Assembly: GCF_020745735.1 (NCBI RefSeq) | Contig: NC_083403.1 | Span: 71,643,003 to 71,707,002 of the forward strand | Reading direction: 5' to 3' | Source of the DNA: Hemiscyllium ocellatum | Lineage: Eukaryota | Length of the DNA stretch: 64,000 bases | Shown: piece by piece, positions 23,970-36,660 of the stretch | How positions within the stretch are numbered: position 1 is the first letter of the stretch | Layout: every line of letters begins with the position of its first letter | Notes under the pieces: generated by a model | Seen by the model: the letters and a program-made list of their open reading frames with translations, nothing else | Told to the model about the DNA's origin: nothing | Databases searched by the model: none | Program-made: the position numbers and the translations under genes

Positions 23970-24708
23970 AAAAGGTGTGGTGCTGGAAAAGTACCACCAG
24001 TCAGGCAGCATCCGAGGAGCAGGAGAGTCGATATTTCGAGCATCAGGAATGTGGTGTGGGGGCAAGGGTAGGAGGGAACTACATTGCTCTCAATGTGGTC
24101 TCCTTTACATTGGGGAGACAGGATGTCAATTGCGGAACGTTTCAGAGAGCATCTCTGGGACACACGCACTAAACAACCCCACCACTCTGTGGCTGAATAC
24201 TTCAACTCCCCCTCCCACTCCGCCAAGGACATGCAAGTCCTGAGCCTCCTCCACCACCAAATCCTAGCCACCCGACGACTGGAGGAAGACCATCTCGTCT
24301 TCTGTCTTGGAACCCTCCAACCATATGGAATCAATGTCAATTTCACTAGATTCCACACCTTTCCTCCTCCCACCTTATCCCAGATTCAATTCTCCAACTC
24401 GACACTGCCCTCTCGCACTGTTCTATCTGTCCATCTTCCTTCCCACCTATCCACTTCACCGTCCTCTCCAACCTACCATCTTCACCTCCCACCTTCATCT
24501 AACTATCGCATACCCAGCTACCTTGCCCCCAGCCCCACCCCCTCCCATTTATCTCTCAGCGTCCTTTCCCCCTCCCCATATTCCTGGTGATGGGCTTATG
24601 CTCCAAACATCGACTCTCCTGCTCCTTGAATAAAGTCTTACCGACTGTGATTTTTCCAGTACCACACGTTTTGACTCTGATGTCCAGCATCTGCAATCCC
24701 CACTTGCT
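23970..24708. mobile_element. Inverted Neptune-type PLE insertion (short tail-less (-) arm; (+) GIY-YIG, pLTR and tail) within a CR1 3' end
   Basis: CSQCGLLYIGET..IAERFREHL..HSVAEYFNSPSHS..RRLEEDHLVFCLGTLQPYGIN is a GIY-YIG domain. pLTRs at 23970-24050(-) and 24580-24708(+). Confidence 0.9.
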
Positions 24709-24849
24709 GACTGATTTCTGATCTTACCTCTTACGGTCTTATCGCAGTTAGACAGTTGCCACAAAATCAAACAGGAATTCAGAAGAAACGTCTTTACCTA
24801 AAGAAAATATGCAATTTACTTGCACAGAAAAATCATGAGCTGGCTGGAT

Positions 24850-25180
24850 AGAGTGAAGCTGTTCCTTCTTGTAAAAGGAACAGGAGTGTGAGGACTTGGC
24901 TTTAAAGTGACATACAAAGGAAGCACAAAGGAAGTGAGAAAATTCCTTTTCAATCATTGAGTAATTAGAGTCTGGAATGTATTGCCTGGAAACGTGGTGG
25001 AGCCGGGCTCAATTAAGACATTCAAGAGGGCACGAGACAATCATTTGGATAGAAATAGTGCACAAGGCTTTGGGGAAAACATTGGAGATTGGCTGTAAGT
25101 AATCATTTGAAGAGCCAGTGCAGGTACAATGTGCTGAATAGCCTCATTCTGCAATGTCATGGCTCTGTGATTCTGTGAAA
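24850..25180 (+). mobile_element. Old CR1 3' end
   Basis: GTCTGGAATG..TTGCCTG..ATTCAAGAGGG followed by tail CTGTGATTCTGTGA. Confidence 0.7.
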
Positions 25181-25669
25181 AGTTTGAAAGAATTTAAACA
25201 GAGGCTAGATAAACAGATGAGGAAGACAGCAGAGGGTTAAACTGAGAGAATTTGATGAGGAAGGATGGGAGGAGGCTTGATTCAAGGATAAACACAGGCA
25301 GAGTCTGGTGGGCAAGTTGCCTATTTCTGAGTTGGCTATTGTATAAGTCTTTCGATTGATTCATAATCCTTAATGAAATTCGCTTACAACAAAATTAAAA
25401 TTGCCTGCCACAATGTCAAGCACAGGAATCGAATAATTGCTGATGAGAAAGACAAATATGGTGAAAATATGCAAAATTTATCCTTTGCCTTTACAATGAC
25501 AATCAGTTCAGGAGATGGGCGGAAACAGGCACGAGCTTTACCAATCCCATTTTACCTTGCTTTTAGTCTGCCAGTTTGTTGACAGATTCTTGCCAAAGAA
25601 TGAACACAGACACAGAAATGGTGCACTACTAATAAAGAAAAAATAGATTTGTAAAAATTTCTAATCAAC

Positions 25670-25756
25670 CTGTTCAGATATCAGACAACATGCATCTGGA
25701 GCAGATGGATTTGAACCTAGGCCTCCTGATCTAGAGACACTACCACTTCACCACAT
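25670..25756 (-). mobile_element. tRNA-derived SINE head
   Basis: Reverse complement shows A-box TGGTGAAGTGG and B-box GGTTCAAATCC. Related copy at 61620-61716. Confidence 0.55.
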
Positions 25757-26419
25757 AAATAGTCACACAATGTATCACACAATTTTGACCCTAATTACTG
25801 ATTACCATAAGTTGCAGTTGTTGGGATCTGCTAGGCAGACATTTACAGGTCTCCATTTATGAGCACTTTTGAACCCAATTTTTGAATATGTTGTGTGGGC
25901 CCCTTCTACTGACGACTGGTACGTAGTCTGGTATTACAGACTGGTTCAGAGACTAAGAGATGTTTTTGGTTTTGGCACTGGGATTCTGATGAAGAAGGAC
26001 TGGAGAGAAGTACGCATGTCTTGCATCTTTGCAATAGAGCGTGATTGAAGGGCGAATGGATCACCATCTAGCCATCTGTTCCTCTCTTCTACAATAGCTG
26101 GTGCTACTCCTCCTGCTCTTATGTCCTCCACATATATTTTCTGTAGACCAAGTGGTGTCTCCAGGAAACACCCTCATGACTTCTGAAAACTGTCCAATAA
26201 GGTGCAGTTTTCCTCTTTTCTATGTATAAGTAAATTAAGGGTCTTGACCAAATTGCTCAGCAGGTTTTATGAATTGTGTCATAGGTCTCTTAACACTCTC
26301 GCAACAATAATTATGAACTGCTTTTGAAGTAGAGTATCTTTGAAGTAGAGTATCCATTCAAGTAATGATTGAAATCGAGATCAATGTTGTGTTTATCATC
26401 CAAACTGTAAATTAATTAA

Positions 26420-26593
26420 GTGTGGACCTGGGAAAGTACGGCAGGTCAGACAGCATTGGAGGAGCAGGATGATGAAGGATTTCAGCCTGAAATGCCAACT
26501 TTCCTGTTCCTTGGACGCTGTCTGATCTGCTGTGCTTTCCTGCTCCACATCTATTGATTCTAACTTCCAGCATCTGCAGTCCTTACTGTCTCC
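26420..26593. mobile_element. Short inverted PLE pLTR insertion (family A-like)
   Basis: TSD CTGTAAATTAATTAA at 26405-26419 and 26594-26608. Tail on the (+) arm only; degenerate TGATGAAGG..GAAA core. Confidence 0.88.
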
Positions 26594-27629
26594 CTGTAAA
26601 TTAATTAAATTAAATTAATTCAAAATCAAACTGATCACTGTGAGGTAAGGGCAAAAGTCAGAGCTCTAGCCAGCAAAATGACGTGTCCCCTCTTTAACAA
26701 GAAATAACAGACATTTTAAGTGGCAGTTTAACAAATGATCAGGGCAACTGGTCTCACAATGTTTTCAACTTCTTCACCAAAATAAGGCATGCACCCAAAG
26801 ACGGCTAAACTACATTTCAGATTAAAAACAGATCTTGGCCATCTCCTTACATCTTTCATGTCTAAAACATTCAATAAAATCACACCTCTACATTTAATTG
26901 TTTCAAAGCATGAAAACACACATAGAAATGTTGGAATTGGACAGTGCTAAATGTCTGCTAGATAGGTATTTGTTGTGTTAACATTTTGGCAAGGATCAAG
27001 AACTGAAATTAGGTGCTAAATAGTCAACTCTCTAAATTTTTAGACAAATGTATTCGCCAACCATTTCCAAGTAAGGAAATTACTTGTGGATTATCAAATA
27101 TTACACAATAAAGTAAGCATGAATTCTGGTCTCATTAATGCCAATATTCACAGTGTATTTTTGCATTATGCCAATTATGCCATCATGTCAACAATGGTTT
27201 TGTCCTGCAAGCTGCTGTAAATGTTAGGTATTCATTGGAACAAAGGTATAAAAGTAGAAATTGAATATTCTATTCAACACCATGTTCCCTTTTATGAATT
27301 TTTACCTTTGCCAAATCCATCACTTTGCAAAATCATGCGAAGGAAATGCATTGTAGATTTGAGACTCCTTACATATTTATGTTCAGCAATAGTTTAGTTA
27401 TTCACTGTTGTTCAATGACTGAGATTGGAATGCCTTTCTAATCCCACTTCTCCACTGATCATGACAAATTTTAAATTTAAGCAGAGTTGGTGATTTTAAG
27501 AATTATAAAGGTTTTAGAGTGTGTGTAGTTTTATATTGGAAACAATTTGGCCAAATTTCTTTAGCCAACAAGGAAAAAATTGTTTATTTTCTACAAGAAC
27601 AATCTTAAAGGCTTTGTATCTTAACACAC

Positions 27630-30270
27630 AAAACATTCAGATCAAGGTAAACAGTGCAAATTGAGGTAAGTGGATACAATCACATAGCCTTTATGGAAAC
27701 ATGGTTGCAAGGAGATCAAAACTGGGAACTTAGCATTCAGGGGTATTTGATATTTTGGAGAGACAGGAGGGATAGAAAAAGTGGTGGGGAGCACTATTGA
27801 TAAGTGATGAAATAAGGGCAGTTGTTGATGATCTAGGCTCAGATAATATTGACTCCATTTGGGTGGACAAACAGCAAGGGAAGGATGACATTGGTAGGAG
27901 TAATGTATAGACAGACTGTAAGTCAACAAATAATAGGAGCATGTAAAAATAATACAGCAATAATTAGGAATCTTTGTTCTTCATGCTGTTCGGATTAAAA
28001 AATTGGAAAGAGTAGCTAAGTTACCAAATTCAAAGAGTGTATTAGGGATAGTTTCCTACAGTAATATGCCATGAAGCCAACCAGGGATCAAGCGGTCATG
28101 GATCTTGTTAATGAGAAAGTCTTAACAAATTACTTCAAAGTAAAAGATTTCCTATGAATTAGTGATCATAACATGATAGAAGTTAATATTCAGTTTGAGA
28201 TTAAGAAACTTGGGTCAAAAGCAATCGTGTTTAACTCAAATATAGGGAATTATAATGCAATGAGGATAGAGGTAGCTAAAATGAACTGGGTGGAAAGATT
28301 AACAGAAATAACAGTAGGCAAGCAATGGCTGACAATAAGGAAGTAATTCATGACTCAGCAAAAATACATCCCAGTAATAAGGAAAGATTCTAAGAAAGGT
28401 ATAAACCAACCATGGCTAACCAAGGAAGTTAAGGAAAGTATTAAACTGTAAGAAAAAAGGATATAAGGAGTCTAATGTCAATGATAGCCCTGAAGATTGG
28501 GATAAATTCTGAATCCATCAAAGAAGAACTAAAAAGATAATAAAGACAGAGAAACTAAATTATCAGAACACTCTAGTAAGGAATATAAAAACTGACAATA
28601 AGAGCTTTCTTAAATATATAAAAAGGATGAGATAGGTCAAAATGAACATAGGCCCCTGAAAAATGAATCTAGGAGATGGAATGAGGGACAAGGAAATGGC
28701 TGAAGAGTTAAACAAATATTTTGCATCTGTCTTTATGGTGGAATGTACTTAGAACATCCCATTAATACTGAAACATACATTGGGATAAATTAAGCACCAC
28801 CACCATCATCAAGAAAGAAGCAATACCTGTATTTGACATACTGAAGGGTGAAAAGCAGGTAAGTCTCATGACCCTGAGATCCTATTGTGGTAGTTACAGA
28901 GATAATGATACAATGGTTGTAATTTTCCAAAAAATCCTTGGATTTTAGAGAACTACCAGGGGATTGGAAAACTGCTAATGTGGCAGCCCTAGTCAAAAAG
29001 CGAGGGAGACAAAAAGCAGGTAGCTGTAGGCTGATTAGCCAGTATCTATTGTTGGCAAAATATTAGACTCAACTATTGAGGAAGTAATAGCAAATGATAT
29101 TCCGACCCAGCAGAGTCAGCATGGCTTGGTGAAAGAGAAACAATTTCTTATTAATTTCTCAGAGATTTTCAACCAGACGACTCAACTAGTGTGGATAGAG
29201 GAAAACCACCAGGTGTGCTTTATTTGGACAGAGGGTGTTTGACAAGATACTTCACAAAAGGCTAAGTCAAAAGATACCAGCCCACAATATCAGAGGTATT
29301 ATACTGGCATGAATAGAGAATTGGCAAATGAGCAGGGAATAGCGAGTGGGGAATGAAGGGTTCTTTTTCAGATTGTACTGTAGCAAAACTTGCAGACGAC
29401 ACAAAATGATATGGAAAGGCAGGTTGCAAAATGGATACAAATAGCTTACAAAGAGATATTGACAAGTTAAGTAAGTGGGCAAAACGTTGGCAGAGTATGA
29501 TGTGGAGAAATGTGATGTTGTTCATTTTGGAAGGGAGAACAAAAGAACATAATATTATTTCAATGCAGAAAAACTACAGAAAATTGCAACACAAAGAGAC
29601 TTGGGGTTACTTGTGCATGAAATACAAAAGACAGCACATATACAGGCAAATAACAAACATATTGGAATGATGACCCTAACTTCAAGGAATATAAAAGTAG
29701 GGAAGTGTTACTGCAACTGTACAAGGTGCTGAAGAGACCACATCTAGAGCATTGTGAGCATTTCTGAACCCTTTATTTAAGGAAAAAATATTTCATTGGA
29801 GGCAATTCAAAGAACATTCACTAGGATGATCCCCAGTATGGAGGGAGCAAAGGCTAACCAGATTGGAACTCTACTCATTGGAGTTTAGAAGAATGAGAAC
29901 TGGTCTTTCGGAAACTGATAGGATTTTTAAGGGGCTGGATAAGGTAAATGCCGAGAAGATGTTTCCTATCATGGGAGAGTGTAGGACCAGAAGGAATAGT
30001 TAGACTAAACGGGTGTCAATTAAGATTGAGCTGCAGAGGAATTTCTTCTTTCAGAGAATTGGGAATCCTTGAATCTTGTTGTCACAGAGAGTTTGGGGAA
30101 GAGTCCTTATGTATATTAAAAGCTGAGATAGATTCTTGATCAATAAGAAAATCAGAGGTTAGGTGAAAAAGACAGGAGAGTGGATATGAGGAATGTTGGA
30201 TCATCCATGATTCTATTCAATAGCTGGGAGGGTCCAGGGGCTGAATGGTTTTGTTTGTGGTGTTATGGTC
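27630..30270 (+). mobile_element. Older CR1 LINE, decayed ORF2 (EN-RT) and 3' end
   Basis: Endonuclease-like start, WKTANV..KKRG at ~28960, KLADDTK at ~29385 and a CR1 3'UTR. Many stops and frameshifts. Confidence 0.88.
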
Positions 30271-31189
30271 TAAAGCACTTTCAAAGCACCCATACTTTAT
30301 TGACAAAATATAATTTGGAATATACAAAGATAGATATAACTAATATTCTAACATACCAAATTTAATGAGGCAAGTATTGTTAACAATAAATTATGATTGA
30401 AGATGCACAGAATCCATCAAGTAGCAGTTGTGATCAAGACAGATCCCATGGATTTTTCAGCAAACCCAAATTTTAGTGATACTGCCAGCCACCAAATCTC
30501 ATTAAAATTTCACAGGGAATTACTAACACTTCATTTTTTGATGACCTGGTCTTGAAAATCCTCAAAAGTGGCTTCATTATGATCTGCCCCAGTTCATGCT
30601 CTCATGGTTCATCTTTCTTTCCTGGAATCGTACTCCCCTTGATTCTTGGAAACTGCATTCTAGTACTTATTCCCAGGCAGAATTCCTGATTTTCACCAGT
30701 GGTGAGCTTCACTAAAGCAGTACTAACCTAGGTTTATATCCTGAGCTCAAATCTAGCTCAACTGCAAATACTAATTGTGAGCTTCCTTTACCTTACTGAC
30801 ACTATATTCAACTATCATTGTCATATGGCTTGATCTGAGCTGAGACCTAACCTGTACATCGAGCTGCATCTGAAATCTTAGAGTTTCACCTCAGTTCTAC
30901 AACACAGAGTTATCCACCTACTGTTGCATCTCACTGAATCCCCAACCATATAGACACAATATAGCTTAGTTGTCTTTTTTAGCAGTACAGTTTAACAGGT
31001 TCTCTCTACATCAAGTTTGCTTCTTTCCTTATTTGTTTCCTTCACTAACTAGCTGTGACCCTGGAACTCCCCTCCTGTGGTCACCTCCTGTGTTTGAGTA
31101 ACCTGTTGAACACTTTCCAACAGCCCTGCTCCTTCTCCTAGGTATTTTTGGAAGTAACATATATCATGGAACAGTCAAAACCTCCTTTC

Positions 31190-31395
31190 AGCTCTTTGGG
31201 CCCTTTGAGCCTGCCCTGGCATTCAGCAGGATTATGACTGATCCAACATTCCTTGCATCCACTATCTTGCTTTTTTTCCCTGGAACTCTTCAATCCCTAC
31301 TAATCAAGAATCTACCTCAGCCTTAAGTTTACACAAAGACTGTCTCCACAGCTGTCTCTGGCAAGGAGTTTTAAGGACTCCCAATCCTGAAAACT
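31190..31395 (-). mobile_element. CR1 3' tail fragment
   Basis: GGCCCTTTGAGCCTGCCC..GCATTCA..GATTATGACTGATC is the reverse complement of a CR1 3'UTR. Confidence 0.6.
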
Positions 31396-31749
31396 AATTT
31401 TACACCTCCTAGCTTCACAATCATGCATGCATCATTAAAAAAAAAGTGCCCATTTGGTGAAATCATGCAGTGATGTAAGTATTATGTAACTGCTAATTAT
31501 GTAATGGTTAAATACACATCGCCTGTATGTTTCACACAGCTGGGGATTTGGTATAGATAAAATAAGATCTTCAATAATAAATGAGTTATAATTAGAAACT
31601 TCCATAAAATCTCCTTTTACATTTAGGCCATTAAATATTGGCTGCCATCAAGGTTTGTTGCTGCAGAAAATCATTGAATTCTTGTTAAGCACACTTTTTT
31701 TTTGCCAATGCAAAACCTATCAGCGATCTGTAGAAGTGCTCATTTCTCA

Positions 31750-32350
31750 GAGAACTTCAGGAGGACAGACTAATAAAATGGGAAGACATATGGCAGATGA
31801 AATTTGATGCAGAGAAGTGTGAAGTGATGCATTTTAGAAAGATAAATAAGAGGCAACATAAACTAAATAAACTGTAAACAAAAGTGAGAATAAACGTGAG
31901 ATGCTCATGGTATCCTTGCATTCATTTTGGAAGGTGGCAAGAGAAGTTATTAAGGCTATCAAAAAAGATATGGAGCTGTTGTCTTTATAAATGGAGGTAC
32001 AGAGTAAAAAACTGAAGTTACACTAAGCGTTTATAAATCACAGATTAGATCTTTGAACATTGTGGTTAATTGTGGGCATCACAATTTAGGATGGATGGCA
32101 TGATCTTGAAGAGGGTGCAGAAGACATTTAGCAGAGTCGCAGAGATTTACTGATAACAGAATATTCAAAAGTGGTGAAAGGATTGACAGAGTAAGTTAGG
32201 AGAAACTGCAGGGAAAGAAGATGAAGAGTCAGAGAACAAGACTTAAAGTAATGGATAAAAGAACTGGAGGGGAGATGTGGAAATTGTTTCTACATTGTCA
32301 GTTGTCATGGTTTGGAATATACTGCCTGAAAGGATATGGATGGAGATTCA
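31750..32350 (+). mobile_element. Old CR1 3' fragment
   Basis: WQMKFDAEKCEVMHF motif at ~31790. Confidence 0.8.
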
Positions 32351-32540
32351 ATTAAACTATATTGCAGTCACAAGACAGTGCTCTATGGAATTTCTTTCCA
32401 ACCTACTGTTCTGGGTTTATTATTTAGTTTTGAATGAAATGATCAAACCAAAACATGAACAGCTGCCATTGTATGGGCTTTGTCAGCTGCAGGATATTTG
32501 CACCTGATGTGGCAATGTCTGTTAGTTCCCATTAGACATT

Positions 32541-32808
32541 GGGTGGCACAGTAGTTAGCACTACTGCCTCACAGCACCAGGGTCCCAGGTTTGATTCCAG
32601 CCTCAGGCGACTGTCTGTGAGGAGTTCGCACATTCTCCATGTGTCTGCGTGGGTTTCCTCCAGGTGCTCTTGCCCACAGCCACAAAGATGTGCAGGGCAA
32701 GTGAATTGGCCATGTTAAATTCCCCAGTGTTAGATGCATTAGTCAGAAGGTCGGAGTAGACTTGTTGGGCCAAAGAGCCAGCTACCACTCTGTAGGGATA
32801 CTAATCTA
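32541..32808 (+). mobile_element. V-SINE (HE1-like)
   Basis: tRNA head GGTGGCACAGT..TTAGCACT..GGTTTGATTCC and V-domain GTCTGCGTGGGTTTCCTCC..AAAGATGTGCAGG. Confidence 0.9.
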
Positions 32809-32833
32809 AACATGGGTGAGATGCTATTAAAAG

Positions 32834-33565
32834 TGTTGTGTAGCTTTGTACTGTAACTTTGTGAGAGAGGAAGCTAGCAATGACTGACTGAAAGCACAGA
32901 ATGTGCTGAAGAATTCAAAAATGCAACATCTGGTTGGAATAAATAGCTGGAGTTGAGTTTCCATGGAACAAAAACAAATTCAAATTCAGCCAATTAGTTT
33001 AAATTATGCCCCAGATCCCAAAATCCAAATGAATTTGAAGTTTACTGTTTGGGATGACATCAAACCAATGAAATGATCTGATTATTTGGGGTATAAAACT
33101 GGGCATTTTGAACAGTTAGCAGAAGAACAGCCAAGAGCACCAACAAGTACAGACTGCCAGCCAAATAACTCTCTGAAAGGTATCTGTCCATAAGAAAAGT
33201 TGTGCAGCAGAAGACCCAAAGAAAAGATGACCCTGGGAAAGACAGAGGAGAATCGAGAGAGGAATCCACAGCTGGCTACTTTTTGAAACGTGACTTCTTC
33301 CGTAAATCTTAAACAGTGTTTTTTTTAATCAGACCAGTATTGTAGAGTGGGAGGTAAAAGATAAGGTTAAGAGAAAGGAGTTGTAAATAGCTGTTGTTTC
33401 AATGTTCTCTGTTGAACTTAAAGAATAAAATTGTTAATTTTTACTTTTAGTAGTGAGACCTTGGATAGTTCTTTGCCCCTTGAAATTTAACAGATTACAG
33501 CACGAGATGAGCTTCTCTGTGTGTCAGGTATAAATTAGCAGAGGGGCTTACCCCATGTCATAACA
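32834..33565 (+). mobile_element. Solo LTR
   Basis: TGTTGTG...CATAACA termini with 5-bp TSD AAAAG (32829-32833 and 33566-33570). TATAAAA at ~33092, AATAAA at ~33424. Confidence 0.8.
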
Positions 33566-33579
33566 AAAAGATTCGACAG

Positions 33580-34322
33580 TGTTGTGGGGAAAATCACCAG
33601 CCTCAGAGTCAGAGATGGGGTTCAACGACATAGTTTATTTTACAAGGAATTTCCAGAGCTCCAGGGAGAGAAAGATACTAACAACAACACATTAGTCAGC
33701 TGCGCTTCTTCTCTCAACCCGGAGCACATGACAAGATACTTTTATACATTTTGTAATGTAATAGGCCAGTGATGAGGTTATTCTCTTTGTAACATAGTTT
33801 GTTTATTGTAACCATTGCAGAATTGTTGATAGTTTCAGTGCAGATATTGTCAGTTTCGGCGCAGCCTTTGTTAATTTCAGCACGGTCATTGTCAGTTTCA
33901 GCACAGATATTGTCAGTTTCAACATCTATGTGGAACTCCATTGCTGCAGTTAAGGGGCTATTGGCTCTTCCTGAGAAGGACAATTACTGCAGCCTGGCTA
34001 TTAGCATTTTGTATTGAGTCCGTATCAAGCAGTTAGCATTTCTATCAAAGACATTGGCTGGACCCAGACACCAGTGGGCAGAATATGCTACTCATGTGTA
34101 TTCTCTCCCCCACCCACCTTAAACTAATCAACTAGATTGTGAGTGCATTGTGCTGGTATTTTGGTGGCCTCAGGCAGTACCTGTGTTTGCTCTGCTGTCT
34201 CTCTCCATATCCTGGACCAGCAGCCATTTTGTATATCAAGTGGCCAATTTATGGTTCAGCAGCCATCTTGTGTGTCTGTGTGCCTAGTGTCACCCTGCCC
34301 CATGCCATCTCCCACTTCAACA
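33580..34322 (-). mobile_element. Probable second solo LTR
   Basis: TGTTG...CAACA termini. Reverse-strand AATAAA at ~33634 and TATAAAA at ~33740. No clean TSD. Confidence 0.5.
33816..33921. repeat. 21-bp tandem repeat (~5 units, GCAGATATTGTCAGTTTCA-like)
   Basis: Seen directly. It produces the ETDNICA periodicity in ORF 33714..33983. Confidence 0.85.
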
Positions 34323-34719
34323 GATTAACTGCAACTCTTGATATGAACTACTATTGTAGTCACAGGCTTTTCATAATGTTAAACTATTAAGTTATGAAGT
34401 TACACTTTCATAAATATGTTATGCTTCAAGTATGAGTCTTTAGAACCTCAGTAATATGCTCTGTTAAGATGATCAATAATGATATCTTAAGCATGTCTCT
34501 ACATACAAATTGTGAGACATAGCATCCCACTATATTATATCCCTCTTTTTCTTAAAATAAACAAAATTCCAAACAGATACACGAAGTTGTACATAGGCAT
34601 TTGCTGTCAATTTGATAATCATAAAAGCAGGTGTAACAGAATTAATATGATTACCATTTTAAACTTTCATGTAATGCTTTGGTTATTTGATAATTTAATC
34701 ACAGTGGTGATTGTATAAG

Positions 34720-34992
34720 ACTTTTTGCATCTGACCAGGTGCCTCATGGTAAGCCGGTCCAGAAGATTAAGCCACATGGGATCTGTGGTGAGTTACTAAG
34801 TAAGATTCAAAATTGGCTTGGTCATAGAAGACAGAGGGTAGTTGTGTAGGGGTGTTTTTCTGACTGGAGGTCAGTGACTTGTAATGGTTCGTAAGTATCA
34901 GTGCTGTGACCTCTTTTATTTATAATACATAAAAATGATTTGGATGAAAATGTACATGGCCTGATCAGTAAGTTTGCAGATGACATGACAAT
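34720..34992 (+). mobile_element. CR1 RT fragment
   Basis: Ends ..LISKFADDMT. Confidence 0.85.
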
Positions 34993-34999
34993 CTGCCTC

Positions 35000-36660
35000 A
35001 TGAACTCTGAATAACTTTGTTGTTATTTTATCCAAGGAGTGGATAGAACTTTGTGTAGATGCAGAAAGTTCTTCAACTGTTAGGGTTAGTACTTGTGAGA
35101 AGCTTCATATGCATTCTTGACTCATTGATTATTTTAATTTATCCCTGGTTTCACACAGATTCACATGTTAGACTTCTTGTACATTCAATACCTATGCTGG
35201 GTATAACATGGTCATGATATCCTGGCAGGATGTTTTTGTTATTAAGATGTGTTTGTCCTTGAAAATGACTTCCCATGATATACCAGGTTTAATACTATCG
35301 GCTAAAACTAACAAACATATTTCAAAATTTCTTCAATACTGTCACACCATCCCTTGATTTTGAAACTCTCCGTAGCTGCTCATCTTCACTGGTTGTCGAT
35401 TGCCCAAAGCGTCATAGATCTACTTAAATAACATTTTCAACTTGAGCTAATTTAATTGAGTGATGTGTGATCTATTCTACGAAAGTGGGTATGATTTGTT
35501 CCCCATAAATTGTGACTACACAGAGATCTGTGTGTACTGGTAGTCTTGCCATTTCTGGATCATTAATATCCACCAAATAGATGATTTTAAGAAACCCAAA
35601 TTATCTTGAGAACTGGCACTGCAGTGAGATTCTGCTAACACATGTGATCTGTCATACACTAATAGACAATGGGCTACACCATGGAGCATCACTTACTGTG
35701 ACACTTGTATTCTAAAATGTTTCATGGTAAAATGTTAGTTTGAGCTCCATTTGGCTTTTAGCATACATAGTAATATAGATGGTGCCAGACCTACTGAGTT
35801 TCTCCAGCATTTTCCAGCATTTGCAGTATTATACTTTTATTGCAATGTAGAAATCTTATCCATCTTCTGAAATCTGCATTTTACTGCCAGAATTGTCAGT
35901 TGGTAACAAGCGGTTACATTTTGGTGATCTGAGATTTGTCCTGGAATCTGACTTGGCCTTTTGAACTTTATTTCCTGAACATGCATGCCAATTTTTGGTG
36001 GTTCATGCTTTGAAGATGCAAAGAAAAGTTGGATCACTTTTGGGTTGGTGTCATAAACCACATCTGTTATAAATCTTGTGATTTGGTGCACTTTGCTAAC
36101 TTCAGCAATGGCGTTGTATGTAGTTGTTGTTGGCTTGCCAATATGGCTTCATGCTCATGACAAAATTGCACCTCTTCACTTGCCAAGAAAATCCTTCTTG
36201 AAGTTCTTTAATCTGTGTAGAGGCTATTACTAATTCATCCGACTCCCTGATAGTTCTTCTTAACATGCATGGCCTCTGTGGACAAACTGGTCAATTGACT
36301 CTTGTTTCTGACTGTATGCCATGAGTTGAAGGCTGTTAATCCTGAATTAATTTTTAACTTGAGCTATTCTTCAAATGCCCTCCATAACTTTTGTGGATCT
36401 TTCTGATTTTCCTTAGAAAAACCAGATGTATTATTTCCGTGAAGCCCATTCTTGTCAATGGCTACCAAGATTGTTACAGATCTCTTCTCAGGATTTGTTA
36501 TCACTTGATCTGTAAAATGAAACTATGTGTTATTTGACTAGCTGGAATTCAGGAATGATATCATTGGCTGTCAAATCCACAATTAAATGTTTGTCTTCTA
36601 TCTTCCATTCAAAATCTTTGTTTATTGGCCATATGGCTACCAGACAGGCTGAAAGCACAC
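35000..36660 (-). mobile_element. Decayed Gypsy gag-protease-RT relic
   Basis: Minus strand gives DLTANDIIPEFQL..FTDQVITNPEKRSVTILVAI..QKDPQKLWRAFEE..LMAYSQKQESIDQFV (gag-like) and ICVKP..LTVEEL (RT start-like) at ~35050-35170. Confidence 0.7.

Noticed and set aside
25946-26220. Short ORF MEDIRAGG.. in unassigned sequence
   Set aside because: No recognisable motif or splice context. Probably decayed repeat, left unannotated.
32541-32610. tRNA-like sequences (also 62019, 25670, 11700)
   Set aside because: These are SINE heads with no complete cloverleaf, and they run into SINE body sequence.
33714-34017. ORFs with heptad-like ETDNICA / SVSAQIL repeats
   Set aside because: By-product of a 21-bp DNA tandem repeat within an LTR-like element.
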